A DNA stretch of 64,000 bases from Microbacteriaceae bacterium (GCA_947443745.1 CANEXL010000001.1:3185-67184); one strand, 5' to 3'; positions 52,704 to 62,095 are shown, counted from the first letter of the stretch. Numbers and translations: made by a program. Notes: generated by a model not told the origin, from the letters alone.

Positions 52704-53159
52704 ATGTCTCTCACTGTGAACGAACATCGCCCTAACGACGATTCAGAATTGGCCGGTCGTGCTTTGGTTTCCGTACGCCGTGCTCTTGCCGAACATCACG
52801 GAGAGGATGGCCCCGTCTCCTTAATTGTGGAAGGCGAGAAGGCTCCTCTCGCTGTTCCCCGCCAGGCTATTGACTTGCTGGTGAAAATTTTGGCGAACAT
52901 TGCCGCAGGCCAGAGCGTTAGCATCGTCCCTCAGCACGCAGAGCTCACGACGCAACAAGCAGCCGAAATTTTAAACGTCTCTCGCCCATTCCTAGTCAAA
53001 CTCCTCGACGAGGGAAAGATTGAGTTCAAGCGTGTCGGCACTCATCGCCGCATTCGAGCGGATTCATTGCTTCAATACAAACACGACGATGACGCGAGGG
53101 GCCGGACAGAAGTAGCCGAGTTGATACAACTAGGCCAGGAAATGGGCCTCGCGCGGTGA
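52704..53159 (+). CDS. Excisionase-like HTH_17 DNA-binding protein (putative antitoxin)
   Basis: ELTTQQAAEILNVSRPFLVKLLDEGKI....GTHRRI. Confidence 0.88.
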   Translation: MSLTVNEHRPNDDSELAGRALVSVRRALAEHHGEDGPVSLIVEGEKAPLAVPRQAIDLLVKILANIAAGQSVSIVPQHAELTTQQAAEILNVSRPFLVKLLDEGKIEFKRVGTHRRIRADSLLQYKHDDDARGRTEVAELIQLGQEMGLAR

Positions 53160-53474
53160 CGTTTGGACCGTGACCGTGACCGTGACCGTGACGACCGGCA
53201 CGTGGTCGCTGCTGCGATCAAGGCCCGAGCTCAGGTAATCGTCACCTTCAACCTGGCGGACTTTCCAAACGCTGAGCTTTCGAAGTGGGACATCGAGGCG
53301 AAACATCCCGACGACTTTTTGGTTGATCAGTTCTATCTTGACGGGCCGGCAATGCACCGAACGATTCAAAAAATCGCGGACAGCTGGAAGAACCCAACAG
53401 GAACCGCCGAGGACGTGCTTAACAGTATGGAACGCGAGAAGCTACCTCTTATCTCCGCTTTGCTTCGCCGCTGA
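53156..53474 (+). pseudogene. PIN-domain toxin remnant, N-terminal half deleted
   Basis: Only the C-terminal DDRHVVAAAI..A.VIVTFNL.DFP...HPDDFL remains; the overlapping GTG start reads MTFGP-stop; (GACCGT)4 at the junction. Confidence 0.75.
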
Positions 53475-53533
53475 CTCATCGTTTTAAGTTCGGGGAACCG
53501 CGGGGTGCACCACGCTTCACACGCGTCTTAGCG

Positions 53534-54610
53534 CTAGTAAATGCCGGGGATAATCCTGTACTTGACCTTCGCGGTGTACTGGCCCCACAGCGCTCCGTAC
53601 TTTGCCTCGCAGACCTTCTCGTCATCGCGTTCGCGGGTGACAAAAAGCGCAACGTAATAGAACGGGTACAACCACACCATCCAGATACCAAAGTAGCCAG
53701 ATGCCAGCGCGATGGCCACGGCTTGCGTGATCTCACCGAGGTAGTTAATGTGCCGGCTGCCGCCCCAAAATCCGTTGACGAGCAAGCTGTTCTTTCCGTC
53801 GCTGATGGCCTGGGGCGCGATGCCTAAGAATGTGCGCTTGGGAGCAGTCCTGAAGCGGAACTTTTGCATGTTTGCGCCGCGGGTGAGAACCCAGCCACCG
53901 AGGAAAAGGGCGGCAAAAAGAATTGTGGCCCACGCGGGGATGCCGGGGTTGGGAAGGTCGGCCGTGAACCAAATGGCAACGGAGTAAAAATATGGATAGA
54001 AGGCGAGACACCCGAAGCCGAGCTTGAAGCCCACGCGCTCCGCAATGAAATCGTACGTCCACAGGTGTACACGCTCGAAAAATAAGTATTCGAAGCAAAA
54101 CCAGGTGAGCATGGCGCAGGCAAGCAGAAATCCAGGGTTAATTTCTTCAACATTGGTGAGGTGAAACGCCGCGAACGAGAGAACGTTCAGTTGCAGCATC
54201 ACGGCGCCCACAAGGTAAAGCCAGACCTTGGCATCGATGAAACCGTCTTTGAATTGCGTGTTTTTCGACCGACCGAACCAGAAATCAGCAAGAAATGATG
54301 CGTGCACGGAAGGGAACTTCAGCACGATGAAAAACGAGTAGGCCAGACCGATGATGACGGCTCCGATGAGGCCCCACCCACGTGTCTCGTAGAGCCAGGT
54401 GTAGGGAACGATGTTGGTAGAGCCGAGGAGAAACCACAGAAAGATGCTGGCCACCAACACGTAGCGTCCGTTGATGCGGTATCGCAACACCTCACCGGTG
54501 GCGTCATTGGTTACATAGCCCGTGACCCGGCGGGTGGGAATGACAACGTGTAGCAAGGTGATCACGGCATACGCGATGAGCGGGGTGATGAGACCCAAAA
54601 AAATTGTCAC
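53534..54610 (-). CDS. ERG4/ERG24 family sterol reductase-like membrane protein
   Basis: D...E..GF.L.FG, LLVNGFWGGSRHINYLGE, R...D...C..KYG..W..Y...V.YRIIPGIY. Confidence 0.88.
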   Translation of the reverse strand: MTIFLGLITPLIAYAVITLLHVVIPTRRVTGYVTNDATGEVLRYRINGRYVLVASIFLWFLLGSTNIVPYTWLYETRGWGLIGAVIIGLAYSFFIVLKFPSVHASFLADFWFGRSKNTQFKDGFIDAKVWLYLVGAVMLQLNVLSFAAFHLTNVEEINPGFLLACAMLTWFCFEYLFFERVHLWTYDFIAERVGFKLGFGCLAFYPYFYSVAIWFTADLPNPGIPAWATILFAALFLGGWVLTRGANMQKFRFRTAPKRTFLGIAPQAISDGKNSLLVNGFWGGSRHINYLGEITQAVAIALASGYFGIWMVWLYPFYYVALFVTRERDDEKVCEAKYGALWGQYTAKVKYRIIPGIY

Positions 54611-55404
54611 GACAAGCCTCCTGTGTTTTTCGCCATAATACCGATGGCGGCGCGCCGGCTCAGTAGCCGGGTCATCATGAATCGCCCCATTTTGTTCACG
54701 ACGCCAGGAACCACAACGGGGCCGTTGCCAAGAGCCTCCAACGCCTGTTCCGCGACCGCGGCAGCCGACAGCGTCCCGGGCGCACGTCGGGCGCTTTCCG
54801 CTTGCTCATATCCGGGGGTGAGAATTGCCCCTGGGGTGCACACCAGCACGTCGAGCCCCAGGGGTGCGAGTTCTTTCCAGAGCCCCTCAGCCAAGATGGT
54901 GTTGAATGCTTTCGTTGCCGCATAGGTGGCCAGATTGGGGCTACCTTGGCCACCGGCAAGCGAAGACATGAGAATAATCCCGCCACTTCCTCGTTGGATC
55001 ATGGGGGTGGAGAACAGTTTCGTCAACAACAGCGGTGCCACCACGTTGACAGCCGCCGCGGTCGCGAGCTGAGCTTCGGTTGTTTCGGCAAACGGACCAA
55101 TGGGAGCGGAAGCAGCGTCATAAACGAACAGGCCGATGTGAACATCGAGTGCGGCCACACGCTTCTTCACGTCGTCGACGTCGGCCAGGTCGGCGGCGAC
55201 GGTGATCACGTCAACGCCGTACGCATCACGAATCCGGGCGGCCGTGGAGTTAAGAGCATCTTCGTTGCGGGCAAGGATGACGAGGTTTACACCGCGTCGT
55301 GCAATTCCCTCTGCGAACGCCGCGCCGAGGCCGTACGACCCTCCGGCAACCAGTGCGTAAGGTCCGTACTTCTGCGTAAACGGAAATGGATTTATAGTTT
55401 CAAT
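54607..55404 (-). CDS. Short-chain dehydrogenase/reductase; start codon non-canonical or mutated
   Basis: The frame extends upstream of the ORF track call to KYGPYALVAGGSYGLG; catalytic YAATK; no ATG/GTG/TTG before the Rossmann motif. Confidence 0.85.
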   Translation of the reverse strand: METINPFPFTQKYGPYALVAGGSYGLGAAFAEGIARRGVNLVILARNEDALNSTAARIRDAYGVDVITVAADLADVDDVKKRVAALDVHIGLFVYDAASAPIGPFAETTEAQLATAAAVNVVAPLLLTKLFSTPMIQRGSGGIILMSSLAGGQGSPNLATYAATKAFNTILAEGLWKELAPLGLDVLVCTPGAILTPGYEQAESARRAPGTLSAAAVAEQALEALGNGPVVVPGVVNKMGRFMMTRLLSRRAAIGIMAKNTGGLS

Positions 55405-55522
55405 GGAAAAATCCTAGCGCGAGACTTCTCAGATCCACGGTTGATTTATGTGGTGTGGTCCTAGTCGCACGAGCTGAGAATAATATAGAGAAACGATTTC
55501 TCTGACAGAACCCGAGGGCATT

Positions 55523-57676
55523 GTGAAGTTCATCGCACGCGTCGTCACCGCGCGCCCCCTCGTGGCGCTCCTGGTGTTTCTGGGCCTTGTCGGTTTCTCT
55601 GCCATCTGGGGCATGCAGGCGTTTGGCAACTTGCAGGCCGCCGGATACAACGACCCCAGCAGTGAGTCGACGCAGGTCTACAACGAACTGCAATCTACGT
55701 TCGGTGTCGATAACCCCGAGATGGTCATCATTGCCGACTTCGCCGAGCCGGTAGACACTGCCGCGACGAAGGCGGATGCTGCGTCTCTGACTGAAAACAT
55801 CCGTAACATTCCGGGCGTCAACAAGGTCACGAGCTACTTCAGCTTGGGCGAGCCCGCTTCGTTGAAGAGCACCGATTCCACCGCCGCGTATTTCTTCGTG
55901 AACTATGACTCCGGCGTTAAGGCGTCGGGGGAGACCACCCTTATCGAAAACACCCTCGGCAGCGAGCACGACGGCGCGAAGGTTTACTACACGGGAATTT
56001 CTGCCATGGCCAACGCCCTCACGGGCACGATCACGACAGACATTGGGCTGGCCGAGAGCATCGCCATCCCCCTGAGCTTGGTGCTGTTGGTGTTTGTTTT
56101 TGGTTCGATCGTGGCAGCCGGCCTTCCGCTGATGGTGGGCGGACTCGGCATGCTCGGCGCCTTCTTCTTTATCTGGGTCGCGACGCAGGCTACGGACGTC
56201 TCAATTTTTGCTCTCAACTTGGTGACGGGAATGGGCTTGGGCCTGGGCATTGACTATGCCCTGCTCATGGTCAACCGTTTTCGTGAGGAACGAGCGCGGG
56301 GCTTGATGGTCAAGGATGCGGTGACCCGCACCGTCGAGACAGCCGGGCGAACAGTTCTCTTCTCCGGACTGACGGTCGCGGTCATCATCGCCTCCATGGT
56401 GATTTTTCCGCAGTACTTCTTGCGCTCCTTCGCCTACGCGGGAGTTGCCGTTGTTTTCGTGGCCCTGCTGGGGGCACTCATTGCCCTTCCCGCCACCCTC
56501 ACTCTGCTCGGCGATCGCGTGAACAAGGTGCGCGTGCTTCGGGGCGACCTTGCGCCGAAAGATACCGGCGTCTGGGCGAGCGTTTCGCGATTCGTCATGA
56601 AACGTGCGATTCCCGTGCTCATCATCACCCTGCTCGGCCTCGGCGGACTCATCGCCCTGGGCACCAATGTAAAGTTCGGCCTGGTCGATGAACGCATTCT
56701 GCCGAAGGATGCCCCGATCGCCGTCGCGAGTGAGATTCAACGCACGCGATTCGACGGCCAAGAGGGAAAGCCTGTCGAGATCATCATTGCTGGCGCGACT
56801 CAGCGCGAACTTCAGGACTACGTTGACACCCTGAGTTCGACCGAGCACATTGTTCGGGTGCAGAGTCAGCTCGGCATCACTGTAGGCGGTGCGACCAATG
56901 CCCAGGCGGCACCAGCTTTTGCGAACTACGTCGTGGGCGACGAGCAACGGGTCGTCGTGATTGACAACGTCGAGGCTCGCAGTAACGCTGGAACCGACCT
57001 TGTGGCGAGCATCCGTCATATTGATCCACCGTTCTCGGTAAAGATCGGTGGCATTGCCGCCGACTACTCCGACTCGATCAAAGGCATTACCGACAAGCTC
57101 CCTGCCTTGTTGATCTGGGTCTTCGCCTCGACGCTGATTTTGCTGTTCCTCTTTACGGGCAGCATCCTTCTACCTATCAAGGCCTTCTTGCTGAACGTCA
57201 TCACGCTGAGTGCAACACTCGGATTCCTGTGCTGGGTGTTCCTGGACGGCAACATGAAATGGCTCTTCGGTGACTTCGCGCTCACCGGCTCGATTGATGC
57301 TTCCAACTTCATCCTCATCGCTGTCGTCGCCTTCGGTCTCTCGATGGACTATGAGCTGTTCCTGCTGAGCCGCATCAAAGAGCTGCACGACCAGGGCTTC
57401 AGCACCGAAGAATCTGTCGCCCTTGGCCTTCAGCGCAGTGGCCGCATCATCACGGCGGCGGCCCTTGTTCTCGCTGTCAACTTCTTGCCGTTCGTGACCT
57501 CGGGTGTGACGAGCATCAAGATGCTGGGGCTGGGCCTGGCCTTCGCTATTTTGTTGGATGCCACTGTGGTGCGGGCGTTCCTTGTGCCGGCGCTGATGAA
57601 GCTTTTCGGCGCGGCAAACTGGTGGGCTCCGCGATGGATGAAGTGGGTCTTCACCAAGGTGGGCCTCGATCACTAG
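55523..57676 (+). CDS. MMPL/RND family lipid transporter
   Basis: GLGIDYALLMVNRFREE, AGRTVLFSG, FGLSMDYELFLLSRIKE, LDATVVR..LVPA. Confidence 0.94.
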   Translation: MKFIARVVTARPLVALLVFLGLVGFSAIWGMQAFGNLQAAGYNDPSSESTQVYNELQSTFGVDNPEMVIIADFAEPVDTAATKADAASLTENIRNIPGVNKVTSYFSLGEPASLKSTDSTAAYFFVNYDSGVKASGETTLIENTLGSEHDGAKVYYTGISAMANALTGTITTDIGLAESIAIPLSLVLLVFVFGSIVAAGLPLMVGGLGMLGAFFFIWVATQATDVSIFALNLVTGMGLGLGIDYALLMVNRFREERARGLMVKDAVTRTVETAGRTVLFSGLTVAVIIASMVIFPQYFLRSFAYAGVAVVFVALLGALIALPATLTLLGDRVNKVRVLRGDLAPKDTGVWASVSRFVMKRAIPVLIITLLGLGGLIALGTNVKFGLVDERILPKDAPIAVASEIQRTRFDGQEGKPVEIIIAGATQRELQDYVDTLSSTEHIVRVQSQLGITVGGATNAQAAPAFANYVVGDEQRVVVIDNVEARSNAGTDLVASIRHIDPPFSVKIGGIAADYSDSIKGITDKLPALLIWVFASTLILLFLFTGSILLPIKAFLLNVITLSATLGFLCWVFLDGNMKWLFGDFALTGSIDASNFILIAVVAFGLSMDYELFLLSRIKELHDQGFSTEESVALGLQRSGRIITAAALVLAVNFLPFVTSGVTSIKMLGLGLAFAILLDATVVRAFLVPALMKLFGAANWWAPRWMKWVFTKVGLDH

Positions 57677-57780
57677 GACGCGAACACTGGGACGCGTCCA
57701 ATATGCGTCAGCCCCTTCCGCCTTCCCCTGAAACTGATGTAGTCTAGCGACATTGTTCGGGGGTAAGTGAAGGTACGCGT

Positions 57781-59670
57781 ATGAAAAATCCTCGGAGAAA
57801 AGTATTTCGCGCCATCGCCGTTGCCGCCGCCGCCTCCATGGCCCTTGCTCTCAGCGCGTGCGGTTCGCTCATCGTGGACAACCCGGGAGGAGTGGGCACA
57901 TGCGGTGGCAAAGTCGTGACGATCGCGGTCTCGCAAACAATCCCCGGGGCGCCTCTCAATGTTTCCTATACCGGGCCCGCCGACGTGTCACTATTTTTAA
58001 TGCTGGGAATATATTCTGATGGCGGCTTGGGCTCGCTCGGTTTGACCCCAGATGATCGAATCCTTGGCTTTGGCGACGCTGATGAAGATGTCCGAATCTA
58101 CAAACTCCCCTTCGCTGGCCCCGATTGGACCGCAGTGGGAAGTGGGGACTCAACGACATATTCCTACTCGGGAAGTGTCGCCGATTTTTATCGTTCTGCA
58201 ACAACTGATTTTTCCGTCATCGGCACACTCGCCGAAGTCATTCCGACCGTTGTCGGCGTCGACTGTAATCCGAACGATGGCTCCCAAAATTTGGTAGCGC
58301 CCACGACGTCGCTTTTTACCGCGGCTGCTGGCATAGCGCCCAACACGGCAAACATTGATCCCCTTGCGGTCATGAGCCAGACGGTCTCGCCTTCAGGAGA
58401 CCAGGTCACCGGGGTGCTGCGATTCCCGAGCGGCGCGGAGACCAACTTTGCCACCTTCGTGCCGACAACGGAAAGCATCATTGGAGTATCCCTTGAGGCC
58501 GCAGAGCCCACTTACTTGGGAATGGGCGGGATCGCCTGGTTGCTTCTCAACAGGGGCCCACAACCGGTTACCCTTTCCGTCACGGGCACCTTGGCATTTG
58601 GCAAAGATCTTCCCTTTACGCTCACAAAAACGGGAGGCGGGAGCATTCCAGAAGGTAATTACTTTGTTTATCTAGCCATGACCGATAACGCCGGAGACAT
58701 CGGCTTTGCCCGCTCGTCTATGACGTATAGCGCCGCCTCGGGGCTGACCCTGGCCGACACACGTACGGTCACCTATAACGGAAATACCGACGATAGTGGT
58801 GCGCCGCCACAGTCGCAGACCATCGTGGTCGGTGACTCGGGATTGACGTTGCCGGGATCGGGCACCTTACACAAGACCGGCTACACGTTTAAGGGGTGGG
58901 CGGAGTCTGCTGGCGACGCGAACGGCGTCGGGGCAACCCCGTTGACGGGTTCGTATGCTCCGACGGCGTCGGTCACGCTGAATGCCGTGTGGGAGGCGGA
59001 TGTTTACCGGGTCACCTACGACGCAAATATGACGGATGTTGTTGCGCCCGCGTCTGAAGACTTCACGTATGGTGATCCCGTATTGACGCTGGCTCCGGTG
59101 GGTTCGATGGCCAAGGACGGTTTTGCTTTCCGGGGTTGGTCCGAGTCTGCCGGCGTTGATGGTGCGGGGGGTGTGGCCGTTTCTGATTCCTATTCGCCGA
59201 CGGCGTCGATCACGTTGTATGCGATGTGGATTCCACAGTATGTGGTGACGTATGACGCGAACAATGGCGACGGCGCGGCATCCGAGGCAACCCAAGCCTT
59301 CGCGATAGGTGATGACGCGTTGACGTTCCCGACGGTGGGTTCGTTGGCGAAGACCGGATACTCGTTTATGGGGTGGGCGGAGTCTGCGGGTGACGCGAAT
59401 GGTGTCGGCGAAACCCCGTTGACGGGTTCATACACTCCAACCGCATCGACCACGTTGTACGCGGTGTGGGTCGCTGACCCGCCCGTCGTTGTTGCTGACC
59501 CGCCCGCGGTTGCCGCTGACCCGCACGCGGTTATTGCCGCGGCCCTGTCCCAGACCAATGGAGCTTACGGCCCGACACTCGCAATCGGTTTCATCGCTTT
59601 ACTCTTTGGGACCGTCGCCCTAGGCGTTGGTCGTCGCCGACGCTTTTCAGGAACTCGACAATCTCGGTGA
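57781..59670 (+). CDS. Cell-surface protein with three InlB B/Listeria-Bacteroides-type repeats
   Basis: Signal with LSAC; 3x VTY..N...K.GY.F.GW...TL.A.W; C-terminal LSQTN-TM-RRRR. Confidence 0.82.
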   Translation: MKNPRRKVFRAIAVAAAASMALALSACGSLIVDNPGGVGTCGGKVVTIAVSQTIPGAPLNVSYTGPADVSLFLMLGIYSDGGLGSLGLTPDDRILGFGDADEDVRIYKLPFAGPDWTAVGSGDSTTYSYSGSVADFYRSATTDFSVIGTLAEVIPTVVGVDCNPNDGSQNLVAPTTSLFTAAAGIAPNTANIDPLAVMSQTVSPSGDQVTGVLRFPSGAETNFATFVPTTESIIGVSLEAAEPTYLGMGGIAWLLLNRGPQPVTLSVTGTLAFGKDLPFTLTKTGGGSIPEGNYFVYLAMTDNAGDIGFARSSMTYSAASGLTLADTRTVTYNGNTDDSGAPPQSQTIVVGDSGLTLPGSGTLHKTGYTFKGWAESAGDANGVGATPLTGSYAPTASVTLNAVWEADVYRVTYDANMTDVVAPASEDFTYGDPVLTLAPVGSMAKDGFAFRGWSESAGVDGAGGVAVSDSYSPTASITLYAMWIPQYVVTYDANNGDGAASEATQAFAIGDDALTFPTVGSLAKTGYSFMGWAESAGDANGVGETPLTGSYTPTASTTLYAVWVADPPVVVADPPAVAADPHAVIAAALSQTNGAYGPTLAIGFIALLFGTVALGVGRRRRFSGTRQSR

Positions 59671-59681
59671 CCTTGGTCTTG

Positions 59682-60716
59682 CTAGGGCTTCACAATCTTG
59701 TTGTCAATCAGAAAGTTCGCCGTTTCAACGAGGGATTGGTCGACGGGAATAAAGTCAATTCCCAACACCGTGTGAGCCTTCGCGTTGTTCACACCGACGT
59801 GGTGGCCAAGGCTTGGCAAAACCGACCGAATTTCGCTGTCAAAGAGTGCCAAGAAGCGAATCAGGATGCTCGGAGCCTGTCTGGTCGTGATTTTACGTGT
59901 GGGGAAGGCAGCCGCGAGAGTCTTCGCCGCGTCAACGAAGGTTCTCAGGCCGGCACTCGCGATAAAGCGTTGACCTTTGGCGGCATCCGTTGAGATGGCT
60001 TTCACGTGCATCGCTGCGACATCTTTAACATCGACGACGTTGAAGGAGATGTCGGGCAGCACGGGGTCTTTGCCGTTCAAGATCCTCTCGACAACGGAGA
60101 CCGATGCCCCAAACTTCAGGTCAAGGGGCGCCCCAGCAACCAGCACGGGGTTCACCGTCGTGAGTTCTAGCTCCGGCGCTTCGGTCTCGATGTAATTCCA
60201 CGCCGCCCGCTCCGCAAGAGTCTTCGACTTCGTGTACGCAACACGGCCAACGATGTGAGTGGGGTCACTCCACATCGTTTCGTCAAACTCTGTTGCGCCC
60301 GCGGGAAGGTCGTTCCCATAGATAGCGGCAACGGAGGAGGTCAAAATGACGCGTTTTACACCGGCTCCATGGGCGGCTTTGAGCGCCCGCAGTGTTCCCT
60401 CAACGGCGGGACGGATCAGCTCGTTCTCATCTTTTGGCTGAGCGATGGGGAATGGGGACGCGCTGTGAATGAGCACGTCAACACCGTGGATCGCGGAATC
60501 CCAGCCCGCATCGCTCTCGAGGTCGAGCTCTACGAAACTCAATTTTTTCGCCAGGTCAAAGCCTGCCGGCAGGTGGGCGAGCATGGCGGCACGGACTTCG
60601 TCGGCCTTGGCGCTGTTACGAACGGAGGCCCTCACCTCGTAGCCATCCGTCAAGAGCCTCAACGTAATGTGCTTGCCGATATAGCCGCTTGAACCTGTGA
60701 GAAGAACCTTCGTCAT
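59682..60716 (-). CDS. NAD-dependent epimerase/dehydratase (aldehyde reductase-like)
   Basis: TGSSGYIG, HSASP, TSS.AA, YTKSKTLAE. Confidence 0.9.
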   Translation of the reverse strand: MTKVLLTGSSGYIGKHITLRLLTDGYEVRASVRNSAKADEVRAAMLAHLPAGFDLAKKLSFVELDLESDAGWDSAIHGVDVLIHSASPFPIAQPKDENELIRPAVEGTLRALKAAHGAGVKRVILTSSVAAIYGNDLPAGATEFDETMWSDPTHIVGRVAYTKSKTLAERAAWNYIETEAPELELTTVNPVLVAGAPLDLKFGASVSVVERILNGKDPVLPDISFNVVDVKDVAAMHVKAISTDAAKGQRFIASAGLRTFVDAAKTLAAAFPTRKITTRQAPSILIRFLALFDSEIRSVLPSLGHHVGVNNAKAHTVLGIDFIPVDQSLVETANFLIDNKIVKP

Positions 60717-60847
60717 CTGCTGACTCTCTGTCGGGGATGCGCCCTCAAGGGACGCCACAAAAATACTATAAGTGCTCGCCGTCTAGACTTTCGCGCTCAG
60801 TGATGTTGCTACTGGGTTATAGGCCCCAACCCCCATGGGCAATATTG

Positions 60848-61207
60848 CTATTGCGTGTGCGAGTGGCCAGCCTCTACTTCAGCGCCGAACTTGAAACCTA
60901 GGCGACCGTGCGTGTAGCCACCACCGGCGCGAATGGCTGTTGCTACCCAAGCTGCTTCTGCCAACTCGCCTTCGGAGGCTCCGGCCTTGACGGCGTTCTG
61001 GGAATGAGCTTCGATGCAGTACGGGCACTGTGTCGTGATGCCGACGGCTAGGGCAATAAGTTCGCGGTACTTCAGCGGAATCTCACGGCCCTCGGGTGCG
61101 AAAACCGCATTGTCGAAGGCGCTAAACGCGGCGAGGATGTCGGGGGTCTCCTTCTTGTAGACCCGGGTGTACTTCTGGTCTTCTGTGCGATCAAAAAATT
61201 CAGACAT
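60848..61207 (-). CDS. Carboxymuconolactone decarboxylase/AhpD-like protein
   Basis: ELIALAVGITTQCPYCIEAH. Confidence 0.9.
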   Translation of the reverse strand: MSEFFDRTEDQKYTRVYKKETPDILAAFSAFDNAVFAPEGREIPLKYRELIALAVGITTQCPYCIEAHSQNAVKAGASEGELAEAAWVATAIRAGGGYTHGRLGFKFGAEVEAGHSHTQ

Positions 61208-61266
61208 CTGATGCTCCAATCAAGGGGGATGTGAAGGCGCCGGTTCACAGCGCCTTAGGTCAAGAG

Positions 61267-61292
61267 AACGCGCACGGAGGCTCTGCTATTCC
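61267..61292 (-). promoter_or_regulatory. SigH/SigR-type promoter of the AhpD-like gene
   Basis: GGAAT-N18-GTT on the minus strand, about 60 nt before the ATG. Confidence 0.65.
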
Positions 61293-61300
61293 AACAAGCG

Positions 61301-61927
61301 TCACGGCCAGGAAAGAGGCGCACCGACGTGCTGGTCGCACCAGGCGATGAGCGGCTCGACCGCTTTCCAACCGGCCAACACGTCATCCCGTGTCGCGGTT
61401 ACAGGGAGGGGCTTGAGGGCGGCGAAGTGCTTGAGGCGTAGAAGGTTAATCTGGGGATGGTCGCGGTCAAATCCCCGAGGCGCCGTCGTGAGGGAGGGAC
61501 CCGCCATCTCGAAACCGGCACGGGTGAGAGTCTCGACGATAGCCGTTAGCTTCGTGGCGGCTTCGGGCTGAGAATCGATGGCGGCACGAGCGCGCGCCAG
61601 TTGATCGCGACTGGGTCCGTAGACGCCACCGCCCACATCCAGATGGGTGGAATGCAAGCTGAGATACACACCGCCAACTGCGCCAGCCCACATGCTCGCG
61701 GCCGTTTTGTAGGGAGCCTTGTCGTTGCTGAACCGCACGTCACGGTTGGGCCGCATCACTCTGCCCGGGCCGTAGACAGGTTCGGCCCACCCCAGAAGAT
61801 CTTCAAGCGGTTGGCGGATGCTGTCGCGATACACCGGACGGTTCGCCTCGAAGAAGGTGCGGGAGTTGTCCGCCGTCAGGTCTTCCAAGAATTTTGCCGC
61901 TTCGGGACCGAATCCGGTGAATGTCAT
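61301..61927 (-). CDS. DUF2461 family protein
   Basis: FL..L..DNSR.FFEANR, RPNRDVRFSNDKAPYK, PRGF..DHP. Confidence 0.88.
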   Translation of the reverse strand: MTFTGFGPEAAKFLEDLTADNSRTFFEANRPVYRDSIRQPLEDLLGWAEPVYGPGRVMRPNRDVRFSNDKAPYKTAASMWAGAVGGVYLSLHSTHLDVGGGVYGPSRDQLARARAAIDSQPEAATKLTAIVETLTRAGFEMAGPSLTTAPRGFDRDHPQINLLRLKHFAALKPLPVTATRDDVLAGWKAVEPLIAWCDQHVGAPLSWP

Positions 61928-61987
61928 GGTTCCATTTTGCTCTACTCATGTCCCCGAGCCCGTTTCGCTAATGAAGAGTCTTGAACG

Positions 61988-62060
61988 TATTACGAAATCG
62001 TAGTAACGTAGTTCTAATACGAAATCGTAATAGCAGTGTTCTATAACGAAATCATAATAA
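61988..62060. promoter_or_regulatory. Triple palindromic operator array upstream of hipBA
   Basis: TACGA-AA-TCGTA at 61991 and 62018, and degenerate AACGAAATCATA at 62045; 27-bp period. Confidence 0.8.
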
Positions 62061-62095
62061 TTAATCCGGGCACCATCGCCAATGTCAGGAAAACG

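Noticed and set aside
53166-53192. Hexamer repeat as a phase-variation switch for the PIN toxin
   Set aside because: 6-bp unit changes do not shift the frame, and the N-terminal half is absent anyway
61988-62060. Possible mini-CRISPR
   Set aside because: Period only 27 bp, three units, spacers short and similar, no cas genes; fits an operator array
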